64,000 nt of DNA from Convolutriloba macropyga (lineage: Eukaryota). Under the pieces are notes generated by a model. The model was not told the DNA's origin. It searched no databases and worked only from the letters and a program-made list of their open reading frames with translations. Of the stretch, positions 1 to 14,100 are shown in pieces. The translations under genes and the position numbers were made by a program. The first letter of the stretch is position 1, and the number at the start of each line of letters is the position of its first letter. The stretch is taken from positions 34,162,001 to 34,226,000 of the forward strand of contig NC_134472.1 of assembly GCF_964194025.1 (NCBI RefSeq). Reading direction: 5' to 3'.

Positions 1-1544
1 GTTCAGTCGTCAAAAAAAGATTGCTTAATTGTAAATTTTTGTTGTGGAGTTTTTTGCTTGTGCAGTTTTTGTGCTAATTGATTGATCCGATAGGTCATTA
101 TAGGCTAAATGTTTTGTTCTGGGCTGAAATTTTTCCTCTGTAACGTATTTTGGTTGAGTCATTATAGGTTAGTTTTCATGACCTTGATTCGGATTTCTGA
201 TCTCGTAAGAAAACAACTTTCATAAGAACAATCTTTTATTTGCAGGGTTCTTGAAAGAACTCGAGACCTGACAGATAGGAAGCGGACTGCACTCGGCTGT
301 CAAGCTTCGAGATTGTTAAGAACTCGTTGCTAATGGTTGGGGGTGTGGAATATAGTTAAGAAGATTCATCTCAAGCGCAACACAATGCACTTCCAGAATA
401 AAAAGTTTAAGTCGTCAAAAAGATAGCTTACTGTTAAATTTTTTAATTGCAGCTGTTACATTTTTTACTCAGATATGGTGTAGCCTCCTTGTCTTAACAA
501 GTCCATCGATTTAATTGTGAGTGAAAAGCAACTGTTGAAAGATGTAAAATTTTGAGTCTGAAAAGGAAATATTGAGATTGAAATAGTAGTAAAGATTTGT
601 TTAGATTGAAGAAAAATTGTTGACTGCCCAAGAAAACAAAATGAAGGACATCGAAATGATAAAAGACAAGTGTTACAAGGAAGACAGGAAGGTTGAGCTG
701 GCTCACGCAAGGAGAATGGAGAATTCCGGCAGAAAAATGGGTGACACTCCGGATTCGCAAGAAGATATGGAGAACTAACAAACAATATGGAAACCGATTT
801 CAGATGCTGAAACCAAGACAAACTGAATTTTGAATGTGTTGGTCCAGATTTGCGTTTTTTGAGCTATATGTACGCTTTGATTGTGTTCATTCCGTTAAAT
901 GTTGGTCTCCTTAGTAAATGAGGGATATTTGTTTTCCAAAGTATCTCGGGGAAAGGCACAAGTCTTGCTTTGGAATTATTGTTGGAATTAATTCACTGGG
1001 AGTCAACATTGATATACTTGCATTGTTTGAATTCGAATTGACTATTTATTTATTGTAACCAATTTGATGATTTTTAATTGTGATGTTTGAGTAATGTTGT
1101 TGATTGACAAGACATTCCCTCCCGCCTTTCCAATACTATACCCATTGAATTGTGATTAATGCACAGATAATGTGGATATATTGTTTTGGTTGGCTCCGAC
1201 CAAGGAAGCTTCAGTGCTGTGTGCAGTAACTTGTTTAGACTTAATTGATCGTGATATTGATTTTAAGAATTAAACTTGAGAATCTATCCCGTTCTTCTTT
1301 AGCTGAGTAGAGGCCGTCCTCCTGGTGGCCATCAAGTTAATTGCTTGCAAAAGTGTAGCAACCGTCTGAGTACTGTTGGTGGCGTGATAGCCGAGTTAAG
1401 GTGGGTGAGTCACACCCCAATGACAGAGATCAATTCTGTGTCTCCGTGACGCTGTCTGTGATGATAAGCTCTCACTTCACCATAGGTTCAGGTTGACATA
1501 GCCTGACCAAGCTTGTTTGCAATGATGGTACCACGCAAATGTTT

Positions 1545-3320
1545 CAGACGCAGAAAAATGGCCTTAATCGACGAAAAGCACTGCTGCTCATGAAAAGAGC
1601 AGTCACAAGAATAATAGCAGGACAAGTCCTGACGTACAAATCAAAGAATTTTCTTTGATTAAACAAAAAACTAGACCCAGAACGGACTATGAGTGAATTG
1701 GGAAAACGATTTCTAAAAAAAAGCGAATCAAAAAAACAGAAAATCAATGTCAAAATGCCGCTAGCGAGAACAAAAAACCTCTAACGAGAAATGTAAACTT
1801 GGTTCTAACAAAAAACTAGGCCTAGAACGAACTATGAATGGATTGGGAAAACCATTCAGAAAAAATGCAATCCAAAAATTGAAAAAACAGCCGGAAGAAT
1901 ACCGGAAAGGACTCGAAGTGAACATCCATTTAAACGCCATCCAACTACTCATCAAACAAAACATGCCTTCACTAATTTATGATTATCTTGAAACAAAGTC
2001 ATGAAACAAAAAAAAGTAAAAACGATAAAATCAAATCTGTTAAAATATGATGAAAAATCTCATCAAATTTTGTTATAAATTGAGATTACGAAAAAACTAT
2101 CCCTGCCGAAATAACTTCATCAAAACAACTAGTTTTAAAAAACCACTTATGTGAATTTTGAAAAAATACTTTAGGCTAAATTATGAAAAAAAGCTCTTAA
2201 AAACAACTTTCACTGAAAAACTGGAAAAAGTTAGTAAATTTTTTAATATTTCAAAAAACATATAAATCCAAAGAAAAATTCCCTTCAGGCAATAGGGTAT
2301 CCCGATGCTCGCAAAACAATAGGCAAGTCATAATAGGCAAAGAAACTTAGCTAAAAACAGAAAAAAAAAATGAAAAACTGCAAAAAATTAAGAAAAATAG
2401 TTCCAATTTTCGCCATTTCTTTGTCATATTTCGCAACAAAAAAAAAGATTCTTACCCACAAAACTGTAACCAATTGTTACCATAAATTTTTCTCAAGTAG
2501 AAGGGGTTTCTTCAATACCCAATTAAGCCAGTAAAACAAAATAATCGTCAAAAAACGCAAAAATTAGCCCGAAAATCAGCAAAATACATTAAAAACCTCC
2601 GAATTATCATAAAATTCATATGAATTTCCAAAAACCATCAAACCACTACCGAAACCAGCCTAAAATTAAAACAAAATCATAACCAATCCTCGTAACCAAA
2701 ATAAATAAAAAAAACTGCTTTAAAATGCCGCATGTGAACAAAAAAATTTCGCTCGCATAGAGAAAATTTTTTCACACATCAATTTCTCGCTCTCTCAAAA
2801 ACAGCGGTATGAACAAAAACCACTCTCTTTTCGCTCCGTTCTTCACTTTAGTTGAGCGCCAAAATCACTCCAAATTTTTTCACGCGTTTCATTTCCCGCT
2901 TCAAAAATCACTCCAATAAAATTGATTTAAAAAAAAGACTTCTCCAATACTCCTCTTCGAGTCGTAAAATACAGTAAAAAAACAACGTAAAATCGCCGCG
3001 TGTGAACAGAAAACCACTAGCGAGAAAGCGAAGTTTTGTTCAAACACCATTTTCTCACTCTACTTTAGAATTAGAGCGATAAAATTTCACGCCGCAAAAC
3101 CACTCGCTTTTTCGCTCCACTTCCTGTTTCGGCGTGACCAAAATCACTGCTCCAATTTGACTTCAAAAATCATGAAAATGTGTGAACAGATCTTTAAAAA
3201 AAGACAGCGCCCCAATACAATTCAAAGTCTTTGAATTGTAATCAAATTCTTTGAATTGTAAAAAAGTGGCAGCTGAGAGCTGGCCGCAGTAGCCTAATGC
3301 TGTTCCTATGCGATTAAGGG
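1545..3320 (-). mobile_element. Decayed copy of the non-autonomous Helentron/DINE-1-like family
   Basis: Long blocks nearly identical to 36730-38200 (e.g. 2720-2970 vs 37900-38140) and reverse-complementary to 10740-10980; hairpin modules at about 1615-1632 and 1887-1905. Ends approximate. Confidence 0.6.
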
Positions 3321-4218
3321 GAAAAAGCAATTATCTATTAGTTATTGATTTTCTTACGAATTTACTTGACATAACTCGCCCTCGATTAGGCCAAGTTTGG
3401 GCTAAATTGACCACAGTTTACTAGTTTTATAACTGAGAGCGCTTAAAATTCCACATTGGCTTGGAAAATTACGGTGCAGATCCAAATTTGCAATACAGCC
3501 GAAAACTTCAAACTCTGCTGAGTTAACTTATGGGGTTTGAACTGACGGGGTCAATTTTAATCAAGGGGCAAACAAGGTAAAGGGATATTTTGTTCTGATT
3601 CTCTAATTATAGTGGAATATAAAGCTTAGTCCACCTTGGGATTTGTACCAATCTCTAGAGTTTATGCTCTAACATATATTTAGGGTAAAGCAGAGTTTTT
3701 TCCGGAACGATGTGTGAGTTTTGTTTTTAGTTGAGAAGATACTTTTTATAAGGATATCAATCAAAAGTAAAGGGGTTACTAATTTCCAGATGTTCTATAT
3801 GATGTGCCTATAATTTCACGTTTTTAAGGTTTGAAAAATATTTTCAGTTCAAGTTAGAGCACTTGTGCCAACAAGGTTATCACAATGGCCGAGGTGAACT
3901 AGGGATTGAGAATAGTTGCGACATATTAAAGTGTCATTGATGATAAGGTAGCATTAATGCACAGTTAACGTAATCTCCAATAAAATGGACATTTTTCTCG
4001 TTCGGTTGATATACTAATAGATGCAAAAGTTGTCCGAGATTTTAAATTTAGCGAGTTAGACAACTACTTCTTGTGTTTAAAGTTAATAGTTGCACTCAGT
4101 TTACGGGCGTCGTTTTTATTTATTGTTCCATACGTCGAATAAAGCAATAATCGAATGCTTGCACTTTTAGTGTCTATCTTGTTTGTCCTTTTGTTATTAG
4201 AGGCACTCAAATTTTCCG

Positions 4219-4387
4219 GGATCATTTCTGTTTATGCCCCCCCCCCTCAGTGCGTTATGCACCCCCAGTTACTACAAACCACGTGTCATTACATTTTTAA
4301 TCATTATGTGAAAATAGGGCGCGTGCGTCTGGGAAGTGCATCCACTAAGCTGGGGGGGGGGGGGGGGGGCACAAACGGAAAAGATCC
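4219..4387. mobile_element. About 170-bp MITE
   Basis: Imperfect terminal inverted repeats GGATCATTTCTGTTTATGC(C)nTCAGTG... and ...CACTAAGCT(G)nCACAAACGGAAAAGATCC; no coding capacity. Confidence 0.65.
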
Positions 4388-4914
4388 TCCCTTTGAATAA
4401 TTATACTTTTATATGGGGAGAGTCTAGTCTAATCCACATGGCGTTTTTCATTTTTAGTTGACTTCTTATGACAGCATACATAATGCTCGAATGAATTGTA
4501 AATTTTAACTATGTTCATAATTTAAAGTGCACCTTATTTGTTCTTATGCTCAAAATTTAGTCATGGAAACGACAAAGAGAAAGAATGGAATGCAAACAGA
4601 TGCACATACTCCAATAATTACGAATTAAAATTGAAATCTAGTTGCAAGGACACTCACTAATTGTTAAAAAAATCCCACATTTAATCTCTTTGTATCCAAG
4701 ATAAAATTTTTTTCGTCGTTAAAAATATTTTTATTTGTGTGTATCAATAAAGGAATCCAATTGATCGTGCTATCCATATATATAGTATATAACAGATTCC
4801 GAACACGTCAATTGCTGCGCTTCAGTTTTGCATCTTTTGCATTCCATATTTTGTATTTAGACTGAAAAAACAAAGATTTAATATGAATTAAGTACATTAG
4901 TAACTACTGCAACC

Positions 4915-5101
4915 ATGGATGCTATGAATACAGTACCAAAAAGTAAACAGTGTCATGGAATATTTGCAGCGCTTTTTAACTCGCTTGGGTGTGCCGTGAC
5001 TGGACTTCTGGTAAAGTTATCTTCAGTGTTTAACCCATTTGTTCTTCTTATGTGGTCTACATGTAGCAGTTTTCTCTGCTTGTGTCCGTTAGTGAAGAGA
5101 A
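4915..5101 (+). CDS. SLC35G-like exon 1
   Basis: ATG in context accATGg, two hydrophobic helices, donor A|GTTAAT at 5102. Confidence 0.65.
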
Positions 5102-8100
5102 GTTAATGTCCCAAAAGCCATATTTTCTTACAAAGAACGTTTTTAAAAAAATAAAAATGTAAAAACTCATTTTCAGATGAAATTAACTGATGACGAATTG
5201 AGCAAATTACGAGAAATCATTTGTGATTTTGTTTGCACAGGATTCGTTGCATCACATTATTTTCTCATCTCCACTTGAAATTTTCTTACTTTTCTTAATT
5301 GTCATTAAAGAATCTGCAATCGTCAGGTTTATAAAGCAATGGAAATAAAATTAAAAGGGCACAGTGATTATCGTTTAAAGGCACAATTTTTAAATTAACC
5401 TTGACAATTAAATTCAACAGAAGCAACAAGTTTGGGAATGGTAAGTATCATACAAAGTGAATAGATACTACGTTTAAACCACTATTTTGATTTGAGGTTA
5501 GCGCTTCTTGTTTCGATCGTGACCAAAAGACAGTTCTACGAGTTTAATAAAAAATGTTCACTGCATTCATCAATGACATTTGGTTTTTCGGCTCATCAAA
5601 AATATACCGCAATCGCTGTTTTGTGGGCAATTATTAATGAATTTTGCCTCATAGTTGTTACCGCCATCGAGAAATTATCAAACTGCTAATCAATTTTTTT
5701 GTTAAACAATTTAATGAGCGCGATGACAGCCATGTGAGTTTAAACACCACTTGTTTCATTTACAGAGTTCCATAACTTATACTACTTTTTAGTTGATTAA
5801 ATCGCGAAGGCAGGTATCCAAATGCCAACAATGGTATCCAAATGTACTGTTGTACTACACCTTTTGAACAAGAAAACTGCTTTAGTGTTATCTCAAGCCA
5901 TAGGAACAAACAATTTCCCATGCAAACAATGGCCTTTATCTCAAAGACGATTTGATCCAAAGTCAATGGAAAGGGAACATTATCATAACTTATAAGTTAA
6001 GAAAAAGAAATATGACAATTTTTATTGTCTTTGTTCTGTGAGCACTTACGCTAAATGTAAGAGCCATTTTCGTCTGAAAATTTATTTTATTAAAATATCG
6101 CTGAATTGAGTAAATGCGGGATAGTTGAGACGAGACAAGCAGTGAACAACTTGAATAGAAAATCTAATTCTACATGTAACTTAAGTTTTCAGGCTCTCCG
6201 TGAACCTGCGATTAAACAATTTTCAAAAAAAAACAGAAAGCATAAAAACCGTGGAGATATAAACAGTATGTTTTCCCTTTAAATAAATAATAAGAAATTA
6301 AAATCAGGAAAAAAAATGGAAAAGTAAAAATCAGAGTTTTCCTCTAAAAGATTGCACAAAACTATGCTACGCATTGTAACGCATCCTCATTAAAAACCAA
6401 TAATTTTCTATCTGTTGATATGATATAAGAAGCCAAATTGCCCTTTGGGTACATGAATACTAGAGAACACCTTTTTCAAGAAAAAATGAGCACACCTTTA
6501 GTAAAAATCTGTGAGCATGTGGGCACACACGCTAAAAGTCAAAACCACCTCCTCCCAAATTTCATTTCAAATTAGTTTGATTAATTAAAAACGCCACTGA
6601 GTTGAACAAATTGTGTGATACGAGGACAATGGCGAAAAACGTTGTTATTCCTTTTCCAAATTCTGTTTTTTCTAATGATCCGTGACCTTAGATTTGGAGA
6701 ATTCCGTTACCCTGCGGTTGACCCAATATGCGATCAAACAGAAAGGTTTAAAAGGTGGAGATATAACCAGCATATTTTTCCTTTAAATAAAACATCAAAC
6801 TCAAATCAGGAAAAAGATTACATTTTTACAGTAAATGTTTGCGCTAAACTCTACTATTCATTGCAATTCTTCCTTTGCAGCGATTAAGGCCCTATTATTT
6901 GATATGATATAAAATGACAAATTGGTTTTTATGGGATATTAAAAAAAACAACAGGAGAGGCAAGTAGTCGAGGAAAGAACTACTAACATGAATTTCTTTT
7001 TCAACCTCCTAACCTATGATCTAAAATCAATTTGGTGTTTTCTTTCTCATTTGTTTTTATTTTTACTAGCAGTCCGACTTAATGGAATTTCTAATAGATT
7101 AATTAAATTGCAAATAATAAAAACAGGTGAAGTTTTTCTGAGATAGAAAAAGGTGAAGTTTAATGCAATTGCAAATAATAGAAACAGGTGAAGTTTTTCT
7201 GAGATAGAAAAAGTTATCGTCAAAATTTCCTCAACATACTATACAAATAAGAAATCCAACGATTAACTAAATGTCTTATTTGATTAAATTTAACCGAATT
7301 GATCGAATATTGGAATTTTTGTAACAAGAGGAACAGTAAAAAAGTAATTGGTGAATAAAAAGATAATTATCATTTTTGCCTGAACATCAACCTTAAAAGC
7401 CTTTCCAACTTATGTTTAGTTGACTTAACATAAAGGTACCTTGTCCAGTTGGTTTAACATTAACTGAAACTTCAGAATGAACAATTCACATACTTAAGGT
7501 CAAGAAGATTCAATAAAGTTCAGAATTTCAGCACGAAAAGGCAGAGATCTTTATATTCATACCTTTTCTTGGATTTGCCTCCTATATATTAATTAGCAAA
7601 CAATTTTTTCCTAATTTATATTATTTTTTTTAAAAAAATGACAACTGTCCGAATATAAAACAAATGAATTTAAAACAGTTTTGTATACAGGTCGTACAAA
7701 AAAGAAACAAAATCTGGCATCAATAACATTTAATTCATGACAATATTTTGACATTCAGTAACATTCTTTGAGAAAATTTCAATCCTGAGTCAAATTAGTT
7801 GGCATAGAATTTACCCCTTGGGCTTACTTTTAACGAGATAAAAAGAAATGAGAAAAAAATCATTCATTTTTTTGCTTGCTACTTCAAGTGGAAACTGATC
7901 GCTTCACTTTTTTTGCAAACTTTTGTCTGTGTTTACTAAGATAATATTTTTGCTGTTGACTGCTCTCGTTGAACTTCAATTTTCGGACGAACTGCTTGCA
8001 AATTAATTGACAATGCATGTGATTTATTATCTGTTAAAATCATATCAAAATGAGTGTTGTGCTTTTATGATTTTTTTTTCAAATTTCTTATTTAAGGCAA

Positions 8101-11100
8101 TTGTAATCAAGGTTTCTCCAAAAAATTGACTATTTTGAGTTTTGTAAAAGTGATACTCAAAATAGCTAATGCTCAAAAAATAATTACTAGATTTTTGTAG
8201 TTCAATAAAACCGTAGTCCCATTGAAAAAAAAAGTCCCATTGTGTGAGACTTCAAAAAGTAAATCGCTTTATTTACAATGAAGTACCGAAACAAAAAGCC
8301 ATTTTCTGAAGACATCTCAAAATGACATTTTTTGAAGAGAATTTTCATAGCAAACAAAAATTTCATAGCACATTTTGAGCAAACATGGAAAAACTTAGAA
8401 GGTCAAAAATGGAAACGGTTTCCACTACTATTTTTCAAATCAAAACTGGTGTGATTCTTTAAAAAAGTGTGGCTTGATTGAAGAGAACATCGTACATATA
8501 TTCCGATTGGCAACTTGCATTGAGAGATTAGCAGTTATAGGGTGTGTGTTGTCTCTGCCTCTCTGTTCCATATGTGGATACATGAGCATGGTCTACATGG
8601 AATTTGCTGACAGCTTTGCCATTCAGCAGTCGAATGTAGTCATTTGTTCACTACTTGCTTGGATTCTACTTAGAGGTAAATCATTAAGGAATGTAGCATC
8701 ATTTGTAATGATAAAAATAACACTACCCAGGATGAAGTCCGCGACCCAAGACAGGTATTGGCCAGACCGACCATACCCAAAACAGGCATTGGCCAGACCG
8801 ACAATACCCAAAGATAGGTATTGGCCAGACCGAGCAGACTTTGGCCACCATTGGCAGACTGAACAGACTTTGGACACCATTGGCCAGACTGACCAGACAC
8901 TGTCCAGACCATTGGGCAGACCAAACAGACCTTAGGCCAGACCGTTGTCTAGACCAATGGCCAGACCGAACAGACCTTAGGCCAGACCATTGTCCAGACC
9001 GTAGGCCAGACCATCCGCCAGACCGTTGTCAAGATTAATGGCCAGACCGAACAGACCTTAGGCCAGACCATTGTCCAGACCGTAGGCCAGACCATCCGCC
9101 AGACCGTTGTCAAGATTAATGGCCAGACCGAACAGACCTTAGGCCAGACCATTGTCCAGACCGTAGGCCAGACCATCCGCCAGACCGTTGTCAAGATTAA
9201 TGGCCAGACCGAACAGACCTTAGGCCAGGCCATTGTCCAGGCCGTAGGCCAGACCATCCGCCAGACCGTTGTCCAGACCATTGGCCAGACCGAACAGATC
9301 CTGGGCCAGACTATTAGCCAGACTCATTTAAACGTGTATAAGCAACCAACAAAATTTATAATTTCTTCGTTTCATTTTTTTGAATGACAAATGAATATGA
9401 GATTTTAAAAAGAAATTATTGAAAAAAAACCGTCGATTTAAAGACAAATGCAAATTTCAAAAGTAGGTTAATGAAGTGTTCTAATCATCTAGAAGTAGAT
9501 GTCGTTTACCATTTATGGGCTGTTATTTTGAAAAACAATCAATACAGCACGCATTTATACAATTTGGCTCTTATTTGGCTGGACCTCTAGGCCTTGAAAT
9601 TAGGTATTGGCCAGACCGAACAGACCAAAATATGGGTATTGGCCAGACCGAACAGACAGAAATATGGGTATTGGCCAGACCGAACAGACCGAAATATGGG
9701 TATTGGCCAGACCTAACAGACCAAAATATGGGTATTGGCCAGACCGAACAGACCGAAATTTGGGTATTGGACAGACCGAACAGGCCGAAATTTGGGTATT
9801 GGCCAGACCGAACAGACAGAAATATGGGTATTGGCCAGACCGAACAGACCGAAATATGGGTATTGGCTAGACCGAACAGACCGAAATAAGGGTATTCGCC
9901 AGACCGAACAGACTAAAATTGCCATTGGCCAGACGGAAGGCGCGACCCAAATTTTTTCCAGACCATTGTGGACGGTCGCACTGGACTCCCCTGTCCGCGA
10001 CCCAAGTCGGTCTGGCCAATACCTGTCTTGTGTCGCGGACTTCATCCTGGGTAATAATAATTTTTTCCTGCATAATTGCAGTGGAGCAGGATTATTCTTT
10101 TAGTCTGCAGTACATTAACAGTAGCCTGTTCTTAGCTGTCCTTTTCTATCTTTCTCAATATTTCAGTCGGTTCATTTTGTGATAGTGAATGCTATTTGTT
10201 AGTGAGCATGGCCACTTTGTTGCGTCCGAAACTTTTACGTGGTACCATCATTGCAGCCATAGTTTGCATAGTCTCTTTGCTAAAGGAGGAAAAGGAGGAC
10301 AGTAGAGCCGAACGGGGGTAGAGCACAAAGAGGTAGCATGATAGTTAGAGAATTAAAACCAATACTTCTCGCGTTCGAGTTTAGGTATAGCAAACAAAAG
10401 TCCCTGTTGTCCACCCATCTCCTACTCTGGGGGTGGGGTGGCCGCGAAGAGGCCGATTGATCGCAAGCAGAGCACACAATATAGGGAATCAAGTGACTGC
10501 AACCGAGTTAATTTGTCATTTCTTACATTTATTGTATGTAAAGATCACTAAATTTGAAACAATCAGATTGTTCGGCCAATCAAATTTAAGCATCCTGCTC
10601 CAATTCTCAATTTTTCACAAAAAGTTCGCAAAAATCAATGGAAAGATTAAACTGCAATTTGAAATTAGCAGAGTTGTTTTTAATAGCCGCACAGCGATAG
10701 CTGAGGCTATTATTGACTTTCTCTTGGTTTTTTGCAATTCAAAGAATTTGAATTGTATTGGGGCTCTGTCTTTTTTTCTTAAGATCTGTTCACACATTTT
10801 CGTGATTTTTGAAGTCCAATTGGAGTAGTGATTTTGGTCACTCCGAAACAAGAAGTGGAGCAAAAAAACGAGTGGTTTTGCGGCGTGAAACGTTTTCACT
10901 CTATTTTTAAAGTAGAGTGAGAGACGGTGTTTGAACAAAAATTCGCTTTCTCGCTAGTGGTTTTTTGTTCACATGCGCCATTATGGCTTTGATTTTTCTA
11001 TTTACAAATCAATGAATTTGAATTGTATTGGTGCGCCATCTTTATTTTAAGATCTGTTCCCGCTTTTTAAGGCTTTTTCACGTCAAAGAGAAGTCAAATT

Positions 11101-14100
11101 AGAGTGGTGATTTTGGTCACACTGAAATAGTAAAGGGAGCGCAAAATTGAGTATGTTTGGTGCGTGACTTTTTTTAAAACACCTTTATAGTGGAGTGAGA
11201 AATTGGTGTTTGAGCAATTTGGCGGTTTTTGAGATTAATTTTTTCTTCCTTCAGAGTTATTGTTTCCTCTCCTCCAGAGTTTTTAATACGGCACATATGT
11301 GTTCTAATTGCGCCTAATTGCCTTTGCAGGAATTCGTTAAGGGGCAGCTTAATGACTTGCCACTACTTGTTGTCATACAATATTAGTGATAGTTAGATTT
11401 TGTTCTTTTTAAAAATTATCTGTTGTCTTATCACTGAGTATCATCAATCACAGTTATGATTGATTGCTAATGAGGCATAAAAGAACCTAATTAATGGCTC
11501 CAGTTAATAACTAGTGATTTCCATGACTATGACAAAATTTTTACTCAAAAATTTGGAGTGGGTTTTTGAGTTCTGCAAGTATTTATTGTACTTTTTGAAG
11601 TCTTATCATTTAATCTCAATGAAGACAGGGGTATCTGATACTGCTAAGGAGGTTTTGTTTATCGATTGAATCGTTTTTGCTCAAAGCTAGTGTTTTCTAT
11701 TACCTTTACACAAAATTTTTTCGATAATAATTATCGAATTTTTTGATTGTTGCGGGTTTTTTTTCAAATTGTTGTCTTAACTTAGTTTAATTATTGACAG
11801 GCCCTATTGGTTGCTAAAAAAGCTTCAACTAGAGCAAGATATTTTGGTTCTTAGCCATTGTTTTTTGTGACTTATACGCTTGTTCGTTTTTTTGCAAAAC
11901 CTTGTTTTTTTCAGTTTTTCTAGTATTTGTTGTACTTTCTGCTGTCTTATCACTTAATCTCACTGATGACAGGTCCCAAAGGTGGTCATTGAGGACTCAA
12001 ATAATTGGTGTAATTGTATCCTTGACTAGCTGTTGCGTTCTGTGACCTTTATACTAAGTGTTTTCAAAAAGTTTCAGCGTGTTTTATTGCTATTTTTTGG
12101 TATTTTTTCTTATCATTTAATATTATTATTAAGAGGACTCATCGACATTTAATGACGGGTTGCTAATGAGAAATAAAGGATTACTTGGCAGTTTGAGTTC
12201 ATAGCAGTTGTTTTTTCGTTTTGATCTTGTCTTTTCAAAAAGTGGAAGTTGAAATTTTAGTCTTGCTTGTTTTTCTTGTTCCGGTGTTTGTTATTGCTGA
12301 GTATCATTACTGACAGCTCTCATTTGCCCTCTAAAGCGGAGTGAATGATTGCCAGGTCAGCAATTAATACAATTCTTTGAATTGTATTTCAGGTACTGTC
12401 CTGTTATGTTTTTCTAGTTATTTTGATCTGATTATTTTTCAGAAAGGATTTCACCAATTCACTCGTAGTCCGTTCTAGGTCTCGTCTTTTGTTTAGTCAA
12501 TGAGAATTCTTTGAATTGTACGTCAGGACTTGTCCTGCTATGTTTTTTTGATTTCGTCGTGAAGATTTTTGTTACGACCATATGACTTCACAGCCGTTTT
12601 TTGTTCATTCGTTCATGCAATTTCAACTGAATTATGTGCGTGACTTCATTTTTCACTCTTATTGGAGTTTTTTGTGCATTCGCGTGATTAAATTTTTGCA
12701 TCACTCTTAAAAATAACCTCCTCACCCTGAAATTCACGTTTTAAAAATTAATTCAAAGAAATAAGGTCAAGTGAGTTTATGTCCCTCTAATTGAAAGTTA
12801 TTTAAGAGCAGCTAATAGAAGCAGCAATAAGTAATACAGATTCATAATCAAAATATAACATCTCACCCTTTAATGAGAAATTTATTTTGTCTTTCTTTTA
12901 CTATCTTTTTTGAGATTACAGATCTACGAAGCTATTGCGGCTATTTTCTGGCAATCTGTCAGCCATGTTTGTGAGTTGTGAATAGTAGTGGCACATGACT
13001 TTTCTCGCATTGATTTTCATATTTTGCAAATTTCATCACGATATCTGCCATCATGATTTTCGAACAGACGCGAATTCTAATATGATCTTTCCAAAAAAAT
13101 CTACTGAAGCAATATCTTTCCTTATTTTGCTATTTTTTGAAAGAACCTCTGCATTGGATCGACTGGACCTGCCTCTTGGTCACAACAACCGGTATTCTCT
13201 TGATAGCCAGACCCAAATTCCTCTTTGGATCCCAGTCGGAGTCGAACCAGGAGTACAGCGACCGCTGGAAGGGAATAGTGTACGCTCTGGTGTCTGCCAT
13301 GGCCAGTTCTTTCTTCGGAGTTGCCAGACGCAAGATTGTTGATGTTGATAACTTGGCTCTTCTTCTGTTACAAGTTGGTCGGTGTGGTTGTCGCTTCTAA
13401 AATTACTCATTTTGGGCAATTTTTCCCGAGTCGAAAAATCAGGGATAAATAATAAGCTGAATTCTGCTCTTCAAATAAGTTACATCATTTGATACGAAGC
13501 ATTCTCTTTTCGCGCAAATGAAGCGCCATTATCTGCACAAGTAAGAATAATTTTGACGTGGTTCTCTTTATAAAGAGTGTTTTTCAGCACGTTTCTCGGC
13601 GTATTTAACATTATCTCATCGAGGTTCCTTCAGTAAAACTCACAATTCTAAACAAATTTTTCTAAACCTATTTTTAATAGCCACGTCAGCAATTCCAGGC
13701 GGTTATTATTGCGCTCCTAATTTTTACAATTCAATTTTAAGATGTGTTCAAACAATTTTCAATGACTTTGAACTTTCAAAACGGGATAAACAGGTAAAGC
13801 CCAGCAGGCATTAAGTTTCATAACAGGCCCAAAGTGGGCTTTAGTAATCCCTGAAGTGCTTAGAGGGGTGCAGCTGCTGGGAAGGCCTTAAGTTAAGGTT
13901 AAAAGGTCAGTTTTAGGAATCTTTGGGCTCAAAATGGTGCAATTTTCAAGTTTTATGAGACTTGTTTTATGTTTTTTGTTTGATTAGTCTTAAGTTGAAG
14001 TTTTTAAAGGTTGATGAAGGTCTTTTGCAAAGACAGAGTTACTTGTTATGATCATTTTATGAGCTATATGTTTTGATGCTACAAACACAAGCAAGCAAAA

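Larger units (their letters stand above)
8726..10051. mobile_element. Non-autonomous TIR DNA transposon (CCCAG termini, TA flanks; CMC/EnSpm-like) in transporter intron 2
   Basis: About 45-bp TIR CCCAGGATGAAGTCCGCGACCCAAGACAGGTATTGGCCAGACCGAC with one mismatch at the right end; TA on both sides; interior filled with GGCCAGAC repeats. The superfamily is inferred from the termini. Confidence 0.85.

Noticed and set aside
240-1500. Possible LINE endonuclease remnant on the - strand (GYSIGKAGGNVL)
   Set aside because: Only one weak motif amid stops; too decayed to call.
9603-9930. CRISPR-like regular array
   Set aside because: Units repeat head-to-tail with no unique spacers, lie inside a TIR element within a eukaryotic intron, and no cas genes are present.
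8841-10182. Repetitive ORFs (ARPNRPKYGYWPD..., MVWPTVWTMVWPK...)
   Set aside because: They are translations of the 81-bp and 32-bp tandem repeats, open in several frames on both strands.
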